DNA of 64,000 nucleotides from Candidatus Kapaibacterium sp. (lineage in GTDB: Bacteria > Bacteroidota > Ignavibacteria > Kapaibacteriales > UBA2268), in NCBI GenBank assembly GCA_041675005.1, contig JBAYUQ010000001.1, positions 66,235 to 130,234 of the forward strand. Direction: 5' to 3'. The notes beneath the pieces were generated by a model. That model made no database searches, was not told the origin of the DNA, and saw only the letters and a list, made by a program, of their open reading frames with translations. Below, piece by piece: positions 21,196-31,374 of this stretch (the first letter of the stretch is position 1; every line of letters starts with the position of its first letter). Made by a program: the position numbers and the translations under genes.

Positions 21196-21876
21196 TCAAA
21201 TGGCCCGTTCTTCAATTTTCTTCACTCCTTTAATCAAGAGCCAAACTGTAAATGAAAATTCACCTAACACTCCTGCTACAATAACAAAGCTTTCTAAGAT
21301 TTCTTTATAATGAATATAGTTGTTTATAGCTATTTGTGCAGTACTATCTACAATATAACCAATACCTGAGAGTAGAATTAATAATCCCAATATTCTAGGA
21401 AATAATTCTGATTTATAAAGTAACTGACTTAATAGAATCAGATGAATGCCAAAGACTATAAGCCCGTAATTCCATATTATATTAAAATCTATAAAAGGCT
21501 GCATCGATAAATTCGAAGTCAAATCTCGGACATCATTAACTAGACTTATGTCGATTATACTTTTGAGTGCAAGAAAGAAAATACCAGCATTAATTATTCT
21601 TAAAATTGATGAAGTTAAGGCTAAATTTTTATTTATATTCTTGAATAATAAATATAGTGGCCATGAAAGTAAAAGGTCAATTACTACCATTATGAAAAAT
21701 GATAAGACACCATAATTATAAGTTTCAAAATTATTTGTTATGTTTTCAAAAGTACTAATTGCATCACCGGCAACAACCATATTCTCGAGAACATAAAAGT
21801 TTCCGAAAAACCCAGTAATAAATATTATTAAATAACCTAGACCTGTCAATCTTGCAATAGTTTTAATATTTTTCAT
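21196..21876 (-). CDS. Hypothetical polytopic membrane protein.
   Basis: ~6 predicted TM helices; no recognisable motif. Confidence 0.5.
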   Translation of the reverse strand: MKNIKTIARLTGLGYLIIFITGFFGNFYVLENMVVAGDAISTFENITNNFETYNYGVLSFFIMVVIDLLLSWPLYLLFKNINKNLALTSSILRIINAGIFFLALKSIIDISLVNDVRDLTSNLSMQPFIDFNIIWNYGLIVFGIHLILLSQLLYKSELFPRILGLLILLSGIGYIVDSTAQIAINNYIHYKEILESFVIVAGVLGEFSFTVWLLIKGVKKIEERAI

Positions 21877-21901
21877 TTTAATCTCTATTATCTTATATTT
21901 A

Positions 21902-22894
21902 TTAATGATTAGAAGTTATAACTACATTACCTTTCTTGTGACCTGTATCTATATAGGCGTGAGCCTGTGCAACTTTTTCTAGCGGGAATTGTCGATCAAT
22001 GACTGTCTTAAGCTTTCCCTCTTTGAAGATATCTATAAGTTGAAAAAGTAAATTTTTTAACTCATCTTTCTTTTTCATACCAGTTGCATCAAACCTTGCT
22101 TTTTTATTTCCTATTAAAGAAGTCAAAAACATTTGAAATAGTAAACTTAGCTTTAATACAGGTGAAATATATTTACCATTTTTTGAAAGAACTTTTTTTA
22201 CTTTTCCGAAAGAGCTTATCCCAATCGTATCGTATATTAAGTCATAATTAATTTCTCTATTTAGAAAATTTTCTTGTGAGTAATCTATTACAAAATCAGC
22301 ACCTAAAGATTTAACTAAACTAATATTCCTATTACTACTTACCCCTGTAACTTCTGCACCATAATACTTTGCTAACTGAACAGCAGAAGTACCTAAAGAG
22401 CCTGATGCACCGATGATTAGTACTCTTTGACCTGGTTGTATTTCCCCTACATTTTTCAAAAAATTTATTGAAGTAAGGTGTCCATCACTATAGGTTGCTG
22501 CTTCTTCAAAACTTAGATTTTGAGGTTTATGTATTATCACTTCGTCCATTGAAATAGTTATATACTCTGCATTAGCACTAAAATTTGTAGTAGATTCACC
22601 GAAGACTTCATCATTCTCCTCAAAGTTATTAACTTTAGCCCCTTTGCTAATTATTACTCCAGCAAATCCAGTTCCTGGTATGGTATGCTTTGGTTTAGTA
22701 ATACCTAAGAAAAATCGACCGAAATAAGGTTTTCCTCTTCTAATCATACTATCAGCACGAGTCGAAGAACTATAAAGCACTTTTACAAGTACTTCATTTT
22801 CCTTAGGAATTGGAAGGTCTACCTCTCCATATTTTATTTTATCTGGGGCCCCGTATCCAGTTAACACTGCTGCATTCATTTTTTTAGTTTCCAT
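21902..22894 (-). CDS. Zn-independent MDR-family NADPH:quinone oxidoreductase / alcohol dehydrogenase-like.
   Basis: GASGSLGTSAVQLAK Rossmann motif in an MDR family layout. Confidence 0.75.
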   Translation of the reverse strand: METKKMNAAVLTGYGAPDKIKYGEVDLPIPKENEVLVKVLYSSSTRADSMIRRGKPYFGRFFLGITKPKHTIPGTGFAGVIISKGAKVNNFEENDEVFGESTTNFSANAEYITISMDEVIIHKPQNLSFEEAATYSDGHLTSINFLKNVGEIQPGQRVLIIGASGSLGTSAVQLAKYYGAEVTGVSSNRNISLVKSLGADFVIDYSQENFLNREINYDLIYDTIGISSFGKVKKVLSKNGKYISPVLKLSLLFQMFLTSLIGNKKARFDATGMKKKDELKNLLFQLIDIFKEGKLKTVIDRQFPLEKVAQAHAYIDTGHKKGNVVITSNH

Positions 22895-23023
22895 TATAAA
22901 TCTCTTTTTTTAGTTTTACAATTAATAATTGATTCAAAACTAGTGCATGTTTCATCTGCAATCGTTCAGAAAAAATATTAATGAGTTCGAGATTATAATT
23001 TTGAACAAAAAAGTATGGAAACT

Positions 23024-24811
23024 CTATGTTTGACTTTTGATAAATTCACTAGGAGTAATACCAGTTTCTTTCTTGAAATAGGTATTAAAAGTAGTCTTGG
23101 AATTAAATCCACTTTCGAAAGCGAGTCCAATCAAGGAAATATGACTATTAGAAGTGTCTAATGCTAATGTTTTGAAATGAGAAATTCGGTAATGATTAAT
23201 AAATTCATTAAAATTTTTATTGAGTTTTTTGTTCAATAACCACGATAGTTGGTTAGGGTGTATCTCTATGAGTTCTGCAAGTAATCGAAGTGATAAATCG
23301 GGGTTTAGAAAAGGAGATTCTTGTTCGATAAATTCTTCCAATTTTTTAATAATTATTTTAGATGTAACTTCATCTATTAATTCAGGTTTACTTTTCTTTA
23401 CTTCTATTAATGAATATATATCTGGATAAATTAGTTTCTCAAATTGATAATATCTACTGTCATTTCTTAGATTTTTAGCTAATGGATCCGAGTAGCTAAT
23501 TAGAAAAATTGGGGACTGATTAGACAATGACTTTTCAAGTAAATTGAAAGCATCGTCGAAGCGATTTAAATTTATATATGATAGAAATAAATAGGAATGA
23601 GCTTGAATTGCAGATATAGACCTAGCATTTTCTTCTAAGTTGCTAAGTAGCTTATTCGACTTTTCTTTTTCTCCATCTATTATTCTAGCTAAACATTCTA
23701 TCCCGAGTTTATCATCAATTATGACTACTTCTTCAGGTAGTTCATTTATAAGTTGTAAAGCTCTCTTAGTTTCTCCTAAGCACAATAAGCTATAAGCTTT
23801 GACTGTAAATGCAGGGATATTCTTTGAATTAGTATTCAATAATTCGTCTAGTATAGTAATTGAGTTCTGGTAATCTCCATTCCGATAATTGAAAAATGCT
23901 TTATAGAACAAAGTCTCTTGATTAAGTGGGTCAAGATCTAATGCAAGGCTAAGGTGTTTAAGTGCATTTTTCATATCTCCTTTTAGAGTAAATAGAAATG
24001 ACAAGAATTGCTGTCCTTCAGGGTAATTATTTTTAATTTTAATAGCTTTATTTGCATGTTTGTAAGCAGTTACGAAATCACAATTCATAAAAAATGCAAT
24101 ATTTGCTAATAAATAATAAACTTCAGGATTATTAGAGTCTAATTCCAATGCTCTATTAGTATATTCAACTGTTTTCGCCCAAGCTACTTCAGCATTCATA
24201 AAACCAGTAGTACCTAAAAAGCTGTAAGCATCAGCTAAACCAATATGAGACTCAACGTGGTTCGGATCTAATAGCAGAGCTTGATTATATAAATTAATCG
24301 ATTTTTCAACATCTTCCGGATTCCATCTGTTAAAATAATAACGAGCCTCCAAAGACAGTTTATAGGTATCAATGCTATCTGTTTGAGCTTTAACTAAATG
24401 TTCAACTATTTCAATATGACCTATATTTTCCCTTAGCTTCTCAGCAATCTGGATGCTTATTTCATCTTGTATCTCAAAAATATTATCAAGATTTCGATCC
24501 CACCTATTAGACCAAAGATGAGTATCTTCAATAGCATTTATGATTTGAGAGGAAATCCTAACAGTATTCCCATTCACCCTTACGCTACCTTCTATGGCAA
24601 TATGAGCGTTTAGTTTTTTGGCAATTTCTTTTAAAGGTATTATTTTATTTTTGAAGTAAAAAGATGAAGTTCTAGATATTATATTTATCTCATTTAGTTT
24701 TGAAAGTGCGGAAATGATTTCTTCAGTTATACCATCACTAAAGTAGTCATTATCTTCATCAGATGACATGTTGACGAAAGGAAGGACTACAATTGTTAAT
24801 TTATTATTCAC
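23024..24811 (-). CDS. TPR-repeat protein with a C-terminal AraC-type HTH domain (regulator).
   Basis: C-terminal ...FINHYRISHFKTLAL...GFNSKTTFNTYFKKETGITPSEF matches an AraC HTH. Central TPR-like repeats; N-terminal VVLPFVNMSSDEDNDYFSDGITEE sensor-like motif. Confidence 0.7.
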   Translation of the reverse strand: MNNKLTIVVLPFVNMSSDEDNDYFSDGITEEIISALSKLNEINIISRTSSFYFKNKIIPLKEIAKKLNAHIAIEGSVRVNGNTVRISSQIINAIEDTHLWSNRWDRNLDNIFEIQDEISIQIAEKLRENIGHIEIVEHLVKAQTDSIDTYKLSLEARYYFNRWNPEDVEKSINLYNQALLLDPNHVESHIGLADAYSFLGTTGFMNAEVAWAKTVEYTNRALELDSNNPEVYYLLANIAFFMNCDFVTAYKHANKAIKIKNNYPEGQQFLSFLFTLKGDMKNALKHLSLALDLDPLNQETLFYKAFFNYRNGDYQNSITILDELLNTNSKNIPAFTVKAYSLLCLGETKRALQLINELPEEVVIIDDKLGIECLARIIDGEKEKSNKLLSNLEENARSISAIQAHSYLFLSYINLNRFDDAFNLLEKSLSNQSPIFLISYSDPLAKNLRNDSRYYQFEKLIYPDIYSLIEVKKSKPELIDEVTSKIIIKKLEEFIEQESPFLNPDLSLRLLAELIEIHPNQLSWLLNKKLNKNFNEFINHYRISHFKTLALDTSNSHISLIGLAFESGFNSKTTFNTYFKKETGITPSEFIKSQT

Positions 24812-24992
24812 TAAATTTATCTAAATAGTAATTTTATTGATTTTGAATTTAGAAACTAGATAACCAAATTACAAACTTCTATTTTTTATAACAAATGAGT
24901 TTTGATTGCGAACAAAGTTTTTGAAAAAATTATATTCATAAGTTCTATTTACTCTTAGAATTTAAGAAAGAGTTTATTAGTAACTTATTCTT

Positions 24993-25496
24993 CTATTTTC
25001 TATCCAAGGTCATTTCGAAAAATTGGCTCCAGTTTTCTCCTCTTTTGTACTCTCCTTTCTCATACCATTGGCCATTATCGTTAAGCCAAATAATATAACG
25101 TACACTCTCGGTCGGATACCAATAGAGTTTTTTATCAATTAACTCCGCCTTGAATTCTGCATTCTGACCACTTGGTAAAAATGACCTGAAAGTATAATTG
25201 TCTTCTGCTTTATTATAAGTTAAAATAGCTAATGCATTGTGCACTACTTTTCCATTAGCACTTCCCTTACCTTCTATTAGTATAGCTGTCGAATCTAATT
25301 TGAACTCAATTTCTTCAGTCTGATCAAAATTTGATTTTCCTTCTCTTCCTGCCATCCATCCAGTTCCTTCCCAATTACCAACCATAAAACTCAATTCAGA
25401 TATTTTTGATTTGGATAATGAGTCTGTTTCCGATGATTGAGAAAAAGATATATTGATGGAGAATACAATCATGAGAAATATAAGGTATACTTTCAT
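24993..25496 (-). CDS. Hypothetical secreted protein.
   Basis: Signal peptide; no recognised domain. Confidence 0.5.
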   Translation of the reverse strand: MKVYLIFLMIVFSINISFSQSSETDSLSKSKISELSFMVGNWEGTGWMAGREGKSNFDQTEEIEFKLDSTAILIEGKGSANGKVVHNALAILTYNKAEDNYTFRSFLPSGQNAEFKAELIDKKLYWYPTESVRYIIWLNDNGQWYEKGEYKRGENWSQFFEMTLDRK

Positions 25497-25546
25497 AATA
25501 TTTAAGTTCCAATGTTTTAAGAATAAAGTAATATAACAATATTCTA

Positions 25547-26155
25547 CTAATTCCCCAACGCTCTTTTCCTTTTAATCCGATAATATACCCCACCTAAGAC
25601 AAGCATTATCAAAGTAGTAAGTCCAAAGTTTAACTTAGCACAATTTTCGTTCTTTGCCTTCCATACACCTTCTTTATTCTGGATATCGATAGTGTGCTGA
25701 TTTTCATTACTAAGAACATATTTTTCTTTTGGGAAAATATCACTAAGAAATAGTACAGTTAGTTTGTTATTGGGAACATTTTGGAAAAAAGTATTTTTTA
25801 ATTTTATAGATTCTATTTTCTTTGGAATATCTATTGCTTCTACAATTAACTTTGTCTCATGACCAAGTATCACAAGTGGGTCTTTAAACTTGACTTCTTT
25901 TTCATTAATTTGAAAAGAGATATTCTTTCTAAAGTGATCTATTACTAATTCTTTGAATTCTTCAGGTGTTTTATATGCATCTTTAGAATAAGTATAATGT
26001 ATTTCGGTTTCGATTCCGGTCAATGCACCATTTAACTGAATTATATGTTTTCCATCATCCGTTTTAGAATATATAAGACTTGCTAATTCAGGTTGATGAG
26101 CATAAGTACTTATACTCATCAAGGCTAGTAATAATATGATTAGTTTCTTTTTCAT
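25547..26155 (-). CDS. Hypothetical protein with an N-terminal signal peptide and a C-terminal TM anchor.
   Basis: Hydrophobic N- and C-termini; basic RIKRKRALGN tail. Confidence 0.5.
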   Translation of the reverse strand: MKKKLIILLLALMSISTYAHQPELASLIYSKTDDGKHIIQLNGALTGIETEIHYTYSKDAYKTPEEFKELVIDHFRKNISFQINEKEVKFKDPLVILGHETKLIVEAIDIPKKIESIKLKNTFFQNVPNNKLTVLFLSDIFPKEKYVLSNENQHTIDIQNKEGVWKAKNENCAKLNFGLTTLIMLVLGGVYYRIKRKRALGN

Positions 26156-26160
26156 TTCTT

Positions 26161-27138
26161 TTACTGGGCGTAAACACCACGAAGGCCGTTAATAAAATTG
26201 TTGTTTCCTGCCTTGTCAACGTGATAATGATATCCTCTTACTTCGTCATAATGTCCACGTGCTTGGTCTAAATCTGTGTATTCTTTTCCTTCTGCATCTG
26301 TATTAGCAAACAGTCCGTAACCGTCTAGTGCATATCCAATCATTGGTGCATGTCCGTCACTTTGAGTGATTTTTGTTGACACACCAGTAGCTGCGTGATA
26401 GTGATAACCAGCTTGCAGATTTATATGTCCACCAGCATCATCGAACGGTGCTAATGTATATGCACCTAATATAGCATTAACCGGAGCAGGGGCATCAAAC
26501 CGAACGCCGTTGAAAGCTATACCTCTAACTGAAGGACCTGAAGACATTGGCCCAGGACCTCCGAATTCCTTAATAGAAGAAGCAGCTTTGGGAGTTACAG
26601 GTATATAATATGTTTCATTCATATCACCTAAGTATGATGGTAAACATTCAACACAATAGTTCTCATACTCTGCACCAACATTAGGGTTTGCTGCAGCTTC
26701 ACAATCTGCTTTTGACATAGTCTTAGTGATTTCACCTGTACTAATATCATACATCATCCAAGTATTGTCTTTGTAGAATGTAGATAGATTCTTAATAAAC
26801 TCACCATCTACATCATAAACTTCTCCACCTTCTAACCATATCCCACCAGCTGTGGCATCATCTGAAATATTAGTTGGACACCAAGGTCCCATAGTGTGGT
26901 CCGATGGGGTGTTATTCACTACTATTTTATAACAATCAGCAGTAGAACCATCAGAAAGAGTTCGAGAAACTATAGTAATTGGTTCTGCTAATCCGCCTGA
27001 AAGGAATAGATTTTTGTCAACATCAACAATTACATTGTAAGTAGGAGCTTCTGCACCGTTGTCATCACTACAAGCTACGAGCCCTAAAGCAGCAATGGCT
27101 AAACTCGAAAGTAAGATTATATAGATTGATTTTTTCAT
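26161..27138 (-). CDS. YHYH-domain lipoprotein.
   Basis: Lipobox LVACSDD; GYHYHAATG and RGYHYHVDKAG motifs. Confidence 0.7.
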   Translation of the reverse strand: MKKSIYIILLSSLAIAALGLVACSDDNGAEAPTYNVIVDVDKNLFLSGGLAEPITIVSRTLSDGSTADCYKIVVNNTPSDHTMGPWCPTNISDDATAGGIWLEGGEVYDVDGEFIKNLSTFYKDNTWMMYDISTGEITKTMSKADCEAAANPNVGAEYENYCVECLPSYLGDMNETYYIPVTPKAASSIKEFGGPGPMSSGPSVRGIAFNGVRFDAPAPVNAILGAYTLAPFDDAGGHINLQAGYHYHAATGVSTKITQSDGHAPMIGYALDGYGLFANTDAEGKEYTDLDQARGHYDEVRGYHYHVDKAGNNNFINGLRGVYAQ

Positions 27139-27232
27139 GTCTTTATACCGTGTTATTTATTAATTATTTATCTTTTATAGAGTTTAGACAGATGATTCAA
27201 GTAAATCCTTCGGTGAGAGTCTCTTTTAATTG

Positions 27233-28453
27233 TTACTCATAACGCAACGCAGTTATTGGGTCCAAAGCTGATGCTTTTCTAGCAGGATACCATCCGAAAA
27301 AGATACCAGTTAATGAGCAAACAACAAAAGAGATAACAATAGAATAAAAAGACACACTTGTTGGCCAATTCAAGAATTTCTCAATAAAAAGAGTTGCTCC
27401 TAGTCCTAACAATACTCCTAAGACCCCACCTGTAATACTTATGAGAATCGCTTCAATTAAAAACTGCATCAAAATGTCTGAGCCTTTCCCTCCTACTGCC
27501 ATACGTAGTCCAATTTCTCTAGTACGCTCTTTAACAGATACATACATGATATTCATAATACCGATACCACCAATTAACAAAGAAATACTTGCTATAGCTA
27601 CTAAAAGGAGTGTGAGCATTTCAGTTGTAGAGCTAGAAGTAGAAATAAGCTCATCCATTGAACGAACGTGAAAATCGTCATCTTCATTTTCGGCTAATTT
27701 ATGTTGTACTCGTAAAATCTCAGAGACTTCACTAACCGCATTTTTGGCTTCATCTTCACTAACAGCAGATGCTACTATTTCTCTTAAATAATCTATAGCT
27801 AAAATACGTTTCTGTACGGTAGTATAAGGAGCTATTACCAAATCGTCTTGGTCTTGCCCTGATGTGTTTTCACCTTTTTCTTCTAATACTCCAATAACTT
27901 TAAATGGAATGTTGTTAAATCGAATCATTTGTCCCAAAGGATCTGTTCCATCAGGAAATATATTATCTACAATGGTTTGACCAATTACAGCAACTTTACC
28001 AGCCGATTTTACATCAGATTCAGTAAACATACTTCCACTTTGTAAATCCCAGACTTTAATATTCAAATAGTCTGGATTAACACCATAAATAGTGGACGGC
28101 CAGTTCTTTGATCCATTAATAACTTGCCCTCCGCCATCAACAGAAGGCGTTACATAAGCTAATAATGTCGCTTTTTCTTTAATTGCTAGGTAATCTTTGA
28201 GCGTAAGTGATTGCTGCTCGGTTCTACTTCTTCTAACCCCACCCTGAAAGTCTGCTCCAGGTTTAACTGCAATCATATTAGAACCCATACTAGTAATTGA
28301 AGCTCGAATGCTTTCTTTTGAACCTTCGCCAATGGCTAACATGGCAATCACTGAGGCTACACCGATGATGATGCCTAGCATAGTTAGCAAAGTTCTTGTT
28401 TTATTTAGAACTATAGCTTTTGTTGCGATTTTAAATAAGTTTAATATTCTCAT
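27233..28453 (-). CDS. ABC transporter permease, FtsX/MacB family.
   Basis: MacB-like periplasmic domain plus four C-terminal TM helices (FtsX). Confidence 0.85.
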   Translation of the reverse strand: MRILNLFKIATKAIVLNKTRTLLTMLGIIIGVASVIAMLAIGEGSKESIRASITSMGSNMIAVKPGADFQGGVRRSRTEQQSLTLKDYLAIKEKATLLAYVTPSVDGGGQVINGSKNWPSTIYGVNPDYLNIKVWDLQSGSMFTESDVKSAGKVAVIGQTIVDNIFPDGTDPLGQMIRFNNIPFKVIGVLEEKGENTSGQDQDDLVIAPYTTVQKRILAIDYLREIVASAVSEDEAKNAVSEVSEILRVQHKLAENEDDDFHVRSMDELISTSSSTTEMLTLLLVAIASISLLIGGIGIMNIMYVSVKERTREIGLRMAVGGKGSDILMQFLIEAILISITGGVLGVLLGLGATLFIEKFLNWPTSVSFYSIVISFVVCSLTGIFFGWYPARKASALDPITALRYE

Positions 28454-28455
28454 AG

Positions 28456-29199
28456 TTAACTTTCTAGTTTAGGTAATTTTGCTAATTCTGTTGATGCAGA
28501 CTGTACATTTTGATTTTTATAATCTTGTATAATATTTCCATCTTTTAACATTATAGTTCTACTACTAAATGCTGCAATATCAGGTTCATGTGTTACAAAT
28601 GTAATGGTAATTCCTTGCTTGTTTAGATCTTGAAACAATGTCATAATCTCATAAGAATTTCGTGTATCTAAGTTTCCTGTGGCTTCATCCGCAAGTATCA
28701 TAACTGGATTATTAACTAACGATCTTGCTATTGCAATACGTTGTTGTTGCCCACCCGAAAGCTGTGAAGGTGTATGGTCCATTCTGTTACCTAAACCAAC
28801 CATCTCTAGTGCTTTAATAGCTCGTTCTCGTCTTTCTTTATTTGATACTTTACTGTTGTATACAAGTGGTAATTCAACGTTTTCAATTGCAGTTGTTCTT
28901 GCTAGTAAATTATATGATTGAAAAATAAAACCAATCTTTTCATTTCTAATTGTTGCTAACTCATTTTTACTTAAGTCTTTTATATTTACACCATCAATTT
29001 CGTATGTCCCAAATGTAGGTTGGTCTAAACATCCCAATATATTCAAAAGTGTACTTTTACCTGATCCACTAGATCCCATAATGGTTACAAACTCGCCTTC
29101 TTCTACGGCAAATGAGATACCTCTTAATGCATGAACCGTTTCGGTACCCATTGTAAACTCACGTTTTAAGTTTTCTATTCTAATTATTTCTTTACTCAT
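28456..29199 (-). CDS. ABC transporter ATP-binding protein (MacB/LolD type).
   Basis: Walker A GSSGSGKST; signature LSGGQQQR; Walker B ILADE. Confidence 0.9.
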   Translation of the reverse strand: MSKEIIRIENLKREFTMGTETVHALRGISFAVEEGEFVTIMGSSGSGKSTLLNILGCLDQPTFGTYEIDGVNIKDLSKNELATIRNEKIGFIFQSYNLLARTTAIENVELPLVYNSKVSNKERRERAIKALEMVGLGNRMDHTPSQLSGGQQQRIAIARSLVNNPVMILADEATGNLDTRNSYEIMTLFQDLNKQGITITFVTHEPDIAAFSSRTIMLKDGNIIQDYKNQNVQSASTELAKLPKLES

Positions 29200-29202
29200 G
29201 AT

Positions 29203-30405
29203 TTATATTCTATTAGGGCGTCCGCCTTGTTGCACAAATGGGCTTTCATTCGGTCCATCTTTATTGATTTCAGATTTATTGACACCTTTTAAGCTATAGA
29301 CTATTTTTTCACCCTTAGTAACGCCGCTTAGTATTTGAACATTAACACCATCACTAGCTCCAAGTATAACTGTTCTTGGTAGTATTGCACCATCTATATC
29401 TAATACCCATATTATGGAATTGTTATTAGATGATTCTTGACTGTTTGCAGTTAGTTTATGTTGTAAATTATAGGTTTTCAGAGTTTCAGTATCTGGTTTA
29501 AAATTAATGGCTTTGGCCTCCACAGTCAAAACATTATTTAACTCCAAGGTGAAAATAGAAATGGTGGCTGTTAAACCTGGCTTCAATTTTAAATCTGGAT
29601 TTTTAGTTGTAATAACGACAGTATATGTCACTACGTTTGAAGTGATTTTGGGATCTAATCTAACTTGAGATACGACTCCTTCGAAGGTTTCACCTATATA
29701 AGCATCCACTGTAAAGGTTACTCGTTGTCCCTCTTTCACTTGTCCTATGTCTGCTTCATCTACATTTGCTTCTACTTGCATTTCCTTTAAATCTTGTGCA
29801 ATAGTAAAAAGAGTTGGTGTGTTAAAACTAGCAGCTACCGTTTGACCTTCATCAATATCTTTTGACAAAATAACGCCATCAATTGGTGAGTAGATGTTGG
29901 CATAACTTAAATTCGTAATTGATCTTTGAAGGTCAGAGAATTGTTGTGTTACTGTATTTTTTGCAGTTTCATAATTAAAATTGGCAACATCAAAATCTGA
30001 TTTACTTATAAATTGATCATCATACAATGATTTCTGACGATTATAAATTATCTTCATATATTCCCTTTGGTTAATAGCATTGTCATAAGAAGCCTGCGCT
30101 TGAGAATATGCTGCCTTTAAATTAGTTTTATCCAACTCTGCTATTAACTGACCGGCCTTAACTACACTGTTATAATCTACATATATTTTTTTAACAACTC
30201 CAGAAACTTGTGTACCAACGTCAACTTGTTTAATCGGCTCAATCGTTCCGGTTGCAGTTACCATTGTTGTTACATTGGCTTTCTTTACTGCAATTGTTTT
30301 TGCTGATATTATAATTTCGTCACCGCCTTGTAAAAAGATGTATGCCACTACAGCAAGTGTAACAATTACTAGGAGAGCAATAACTATTTTCATTTTATTT
30401 TTCAT
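29203..30405 (-). CDS. Efflux periplasmic adaptor (MacA/HlyD family).
   Basis: N-terminal TM anchor followed by coiled-coil, lipoyl-like and beta-barrel domains; upstream of the ABC ATPase and permease genes. Confidence 0.8.
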   Translation of the reverse strand: MKNKMKIVIALLVIVTLAVVAYIFLQGGDEIIISAKTIAVKKANVTTMVTATGTIEPIKQVDVGTQVSGVVKKIYVDYNSVVKAGQLIAELDKTNLKAAYSQAQASYDNAINQREYMKIIYNRQKSLYDDQFISKSDFDVANFNYETAKNTVTQQFSDLQRSITNLSYANIYSPIDGVILSKDIDEGQTVAASFNTPTLFTIAQDLKEMQVEANVDEADIGQVKEGQRVTFTVDAYIGETFEGVVSQVRLDPKITSNVVTYTVVITTKNPDLKLKPGLTATISIFTLELNNVLTVEAKAINFKPDTETLKTYNLQHKLTANSQESSNNNSIIWVLDIDGAILPRTVILGASDGVNVQILSGVTKGEKIVYSLKGVNKSEINKDGPNESPFVQQGGRPNRI

Positions 30406-30661
30406 ACTTATTCTAATACATTGTAATTATAAATTATATAGTTTAGACAGATGATTCTGGTAAATCCTTCGGTGCGGGATGTTTTAATTATAAAGGATAG
30501 GGTAAGTAAAAGAGTGGGGGAGTTGAATACTTCTCTAATTCACTGAGTTGGGTTATGTTAGTTAGATTCAGTAAATATAGTTTTGAACTATCATAAGATT
30601 TAGAATTACATGTGAACCCAAGCTTTGCTGGTAATTTTTGTTTTAATTTGTATCATATAAT

Positions 30662-31285
30662 TTAAGGTAATGGCTTCTCCATCCTCCATAGTAAAGGCAA
30701 TTGCCAATCATATCTAACTGCTAATAATCGGAATACAACTACAGAAATAAGACAAATTATATCAATTGGTATTTGAGGAATATCAATTTTTTGTAGCAAG
30801 AAAAAAAGGCCTCCACCAAATATGCATGCAGTTGCATATATCTCTTTCTCAAATATAAGTGGGATGTTGTTTAATAATATATCCCTTATCACACCACCAA
30901 AACATGCTGTTATAGTTCCAAGTGCAATACAAATTACTGGATGTAGTTCAAGTGAGACCCCAGTTTGAACTCCAACTACTGTGAAAAATCCGAGACCTAT
31001 AGAGTCAAACAATAATAGAATTTTATGGAAGTTCTGTAATACTCTTGTGAATAATAAAGCCCCGATTGTGCTTATTATTACAACTAACCCTGAACTTAAA
31101 TCAAGCATCCATTTGACAGGGACTTCACCAATCAAAACATCTCGTAATGTCCCACCACCCATTGCCGTAACAAATGCTATTATAAAGATACCGAAAAGGT
31201 CTAATCTTTTTTCCATTGCAGCGAATGCTCCTGCTATACTAAAAGCAACAGTACCTGCAATTTCAATAATTCTGAGAGATTCCAT
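30662..31285 (-). CDS. UPF0126/TRIC-family membrane protein (YicG/YadS-like).
   Basis: Two internal repeats carrying the GTxxDVLxGE-type motif (MGGGTLRDVLIGE / CFGGVIRDILLNN). Confidence 0.7.
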   Translation of the reverse strand: MESLRIIEIAGTVAFSIAGAFAAMEKRLDLFGIFIIAFVTAMGGGTLRDVLIGEVPVKWMLDLSSGLVVIISTIGALLFTRVLQNFHKILLLFDSIGLGFFTVVGVQTGVSLELHPVICIALGTITACFGGVIRDILLNNIPLIFEKEIYATACIFGGGLFFLLQKIDIPQIPIDIICLISVVVFRLLAVRYDWQLPLLWRMEKPLP

Positions 31286-31374
31286 TTCTTATCATTTAGT
31301 TTATTTTAATTTACTAGATTATCTAACTTAAAAGTTTCATCATCACTCTTTCAACATCATATCAAAGCAAAATT

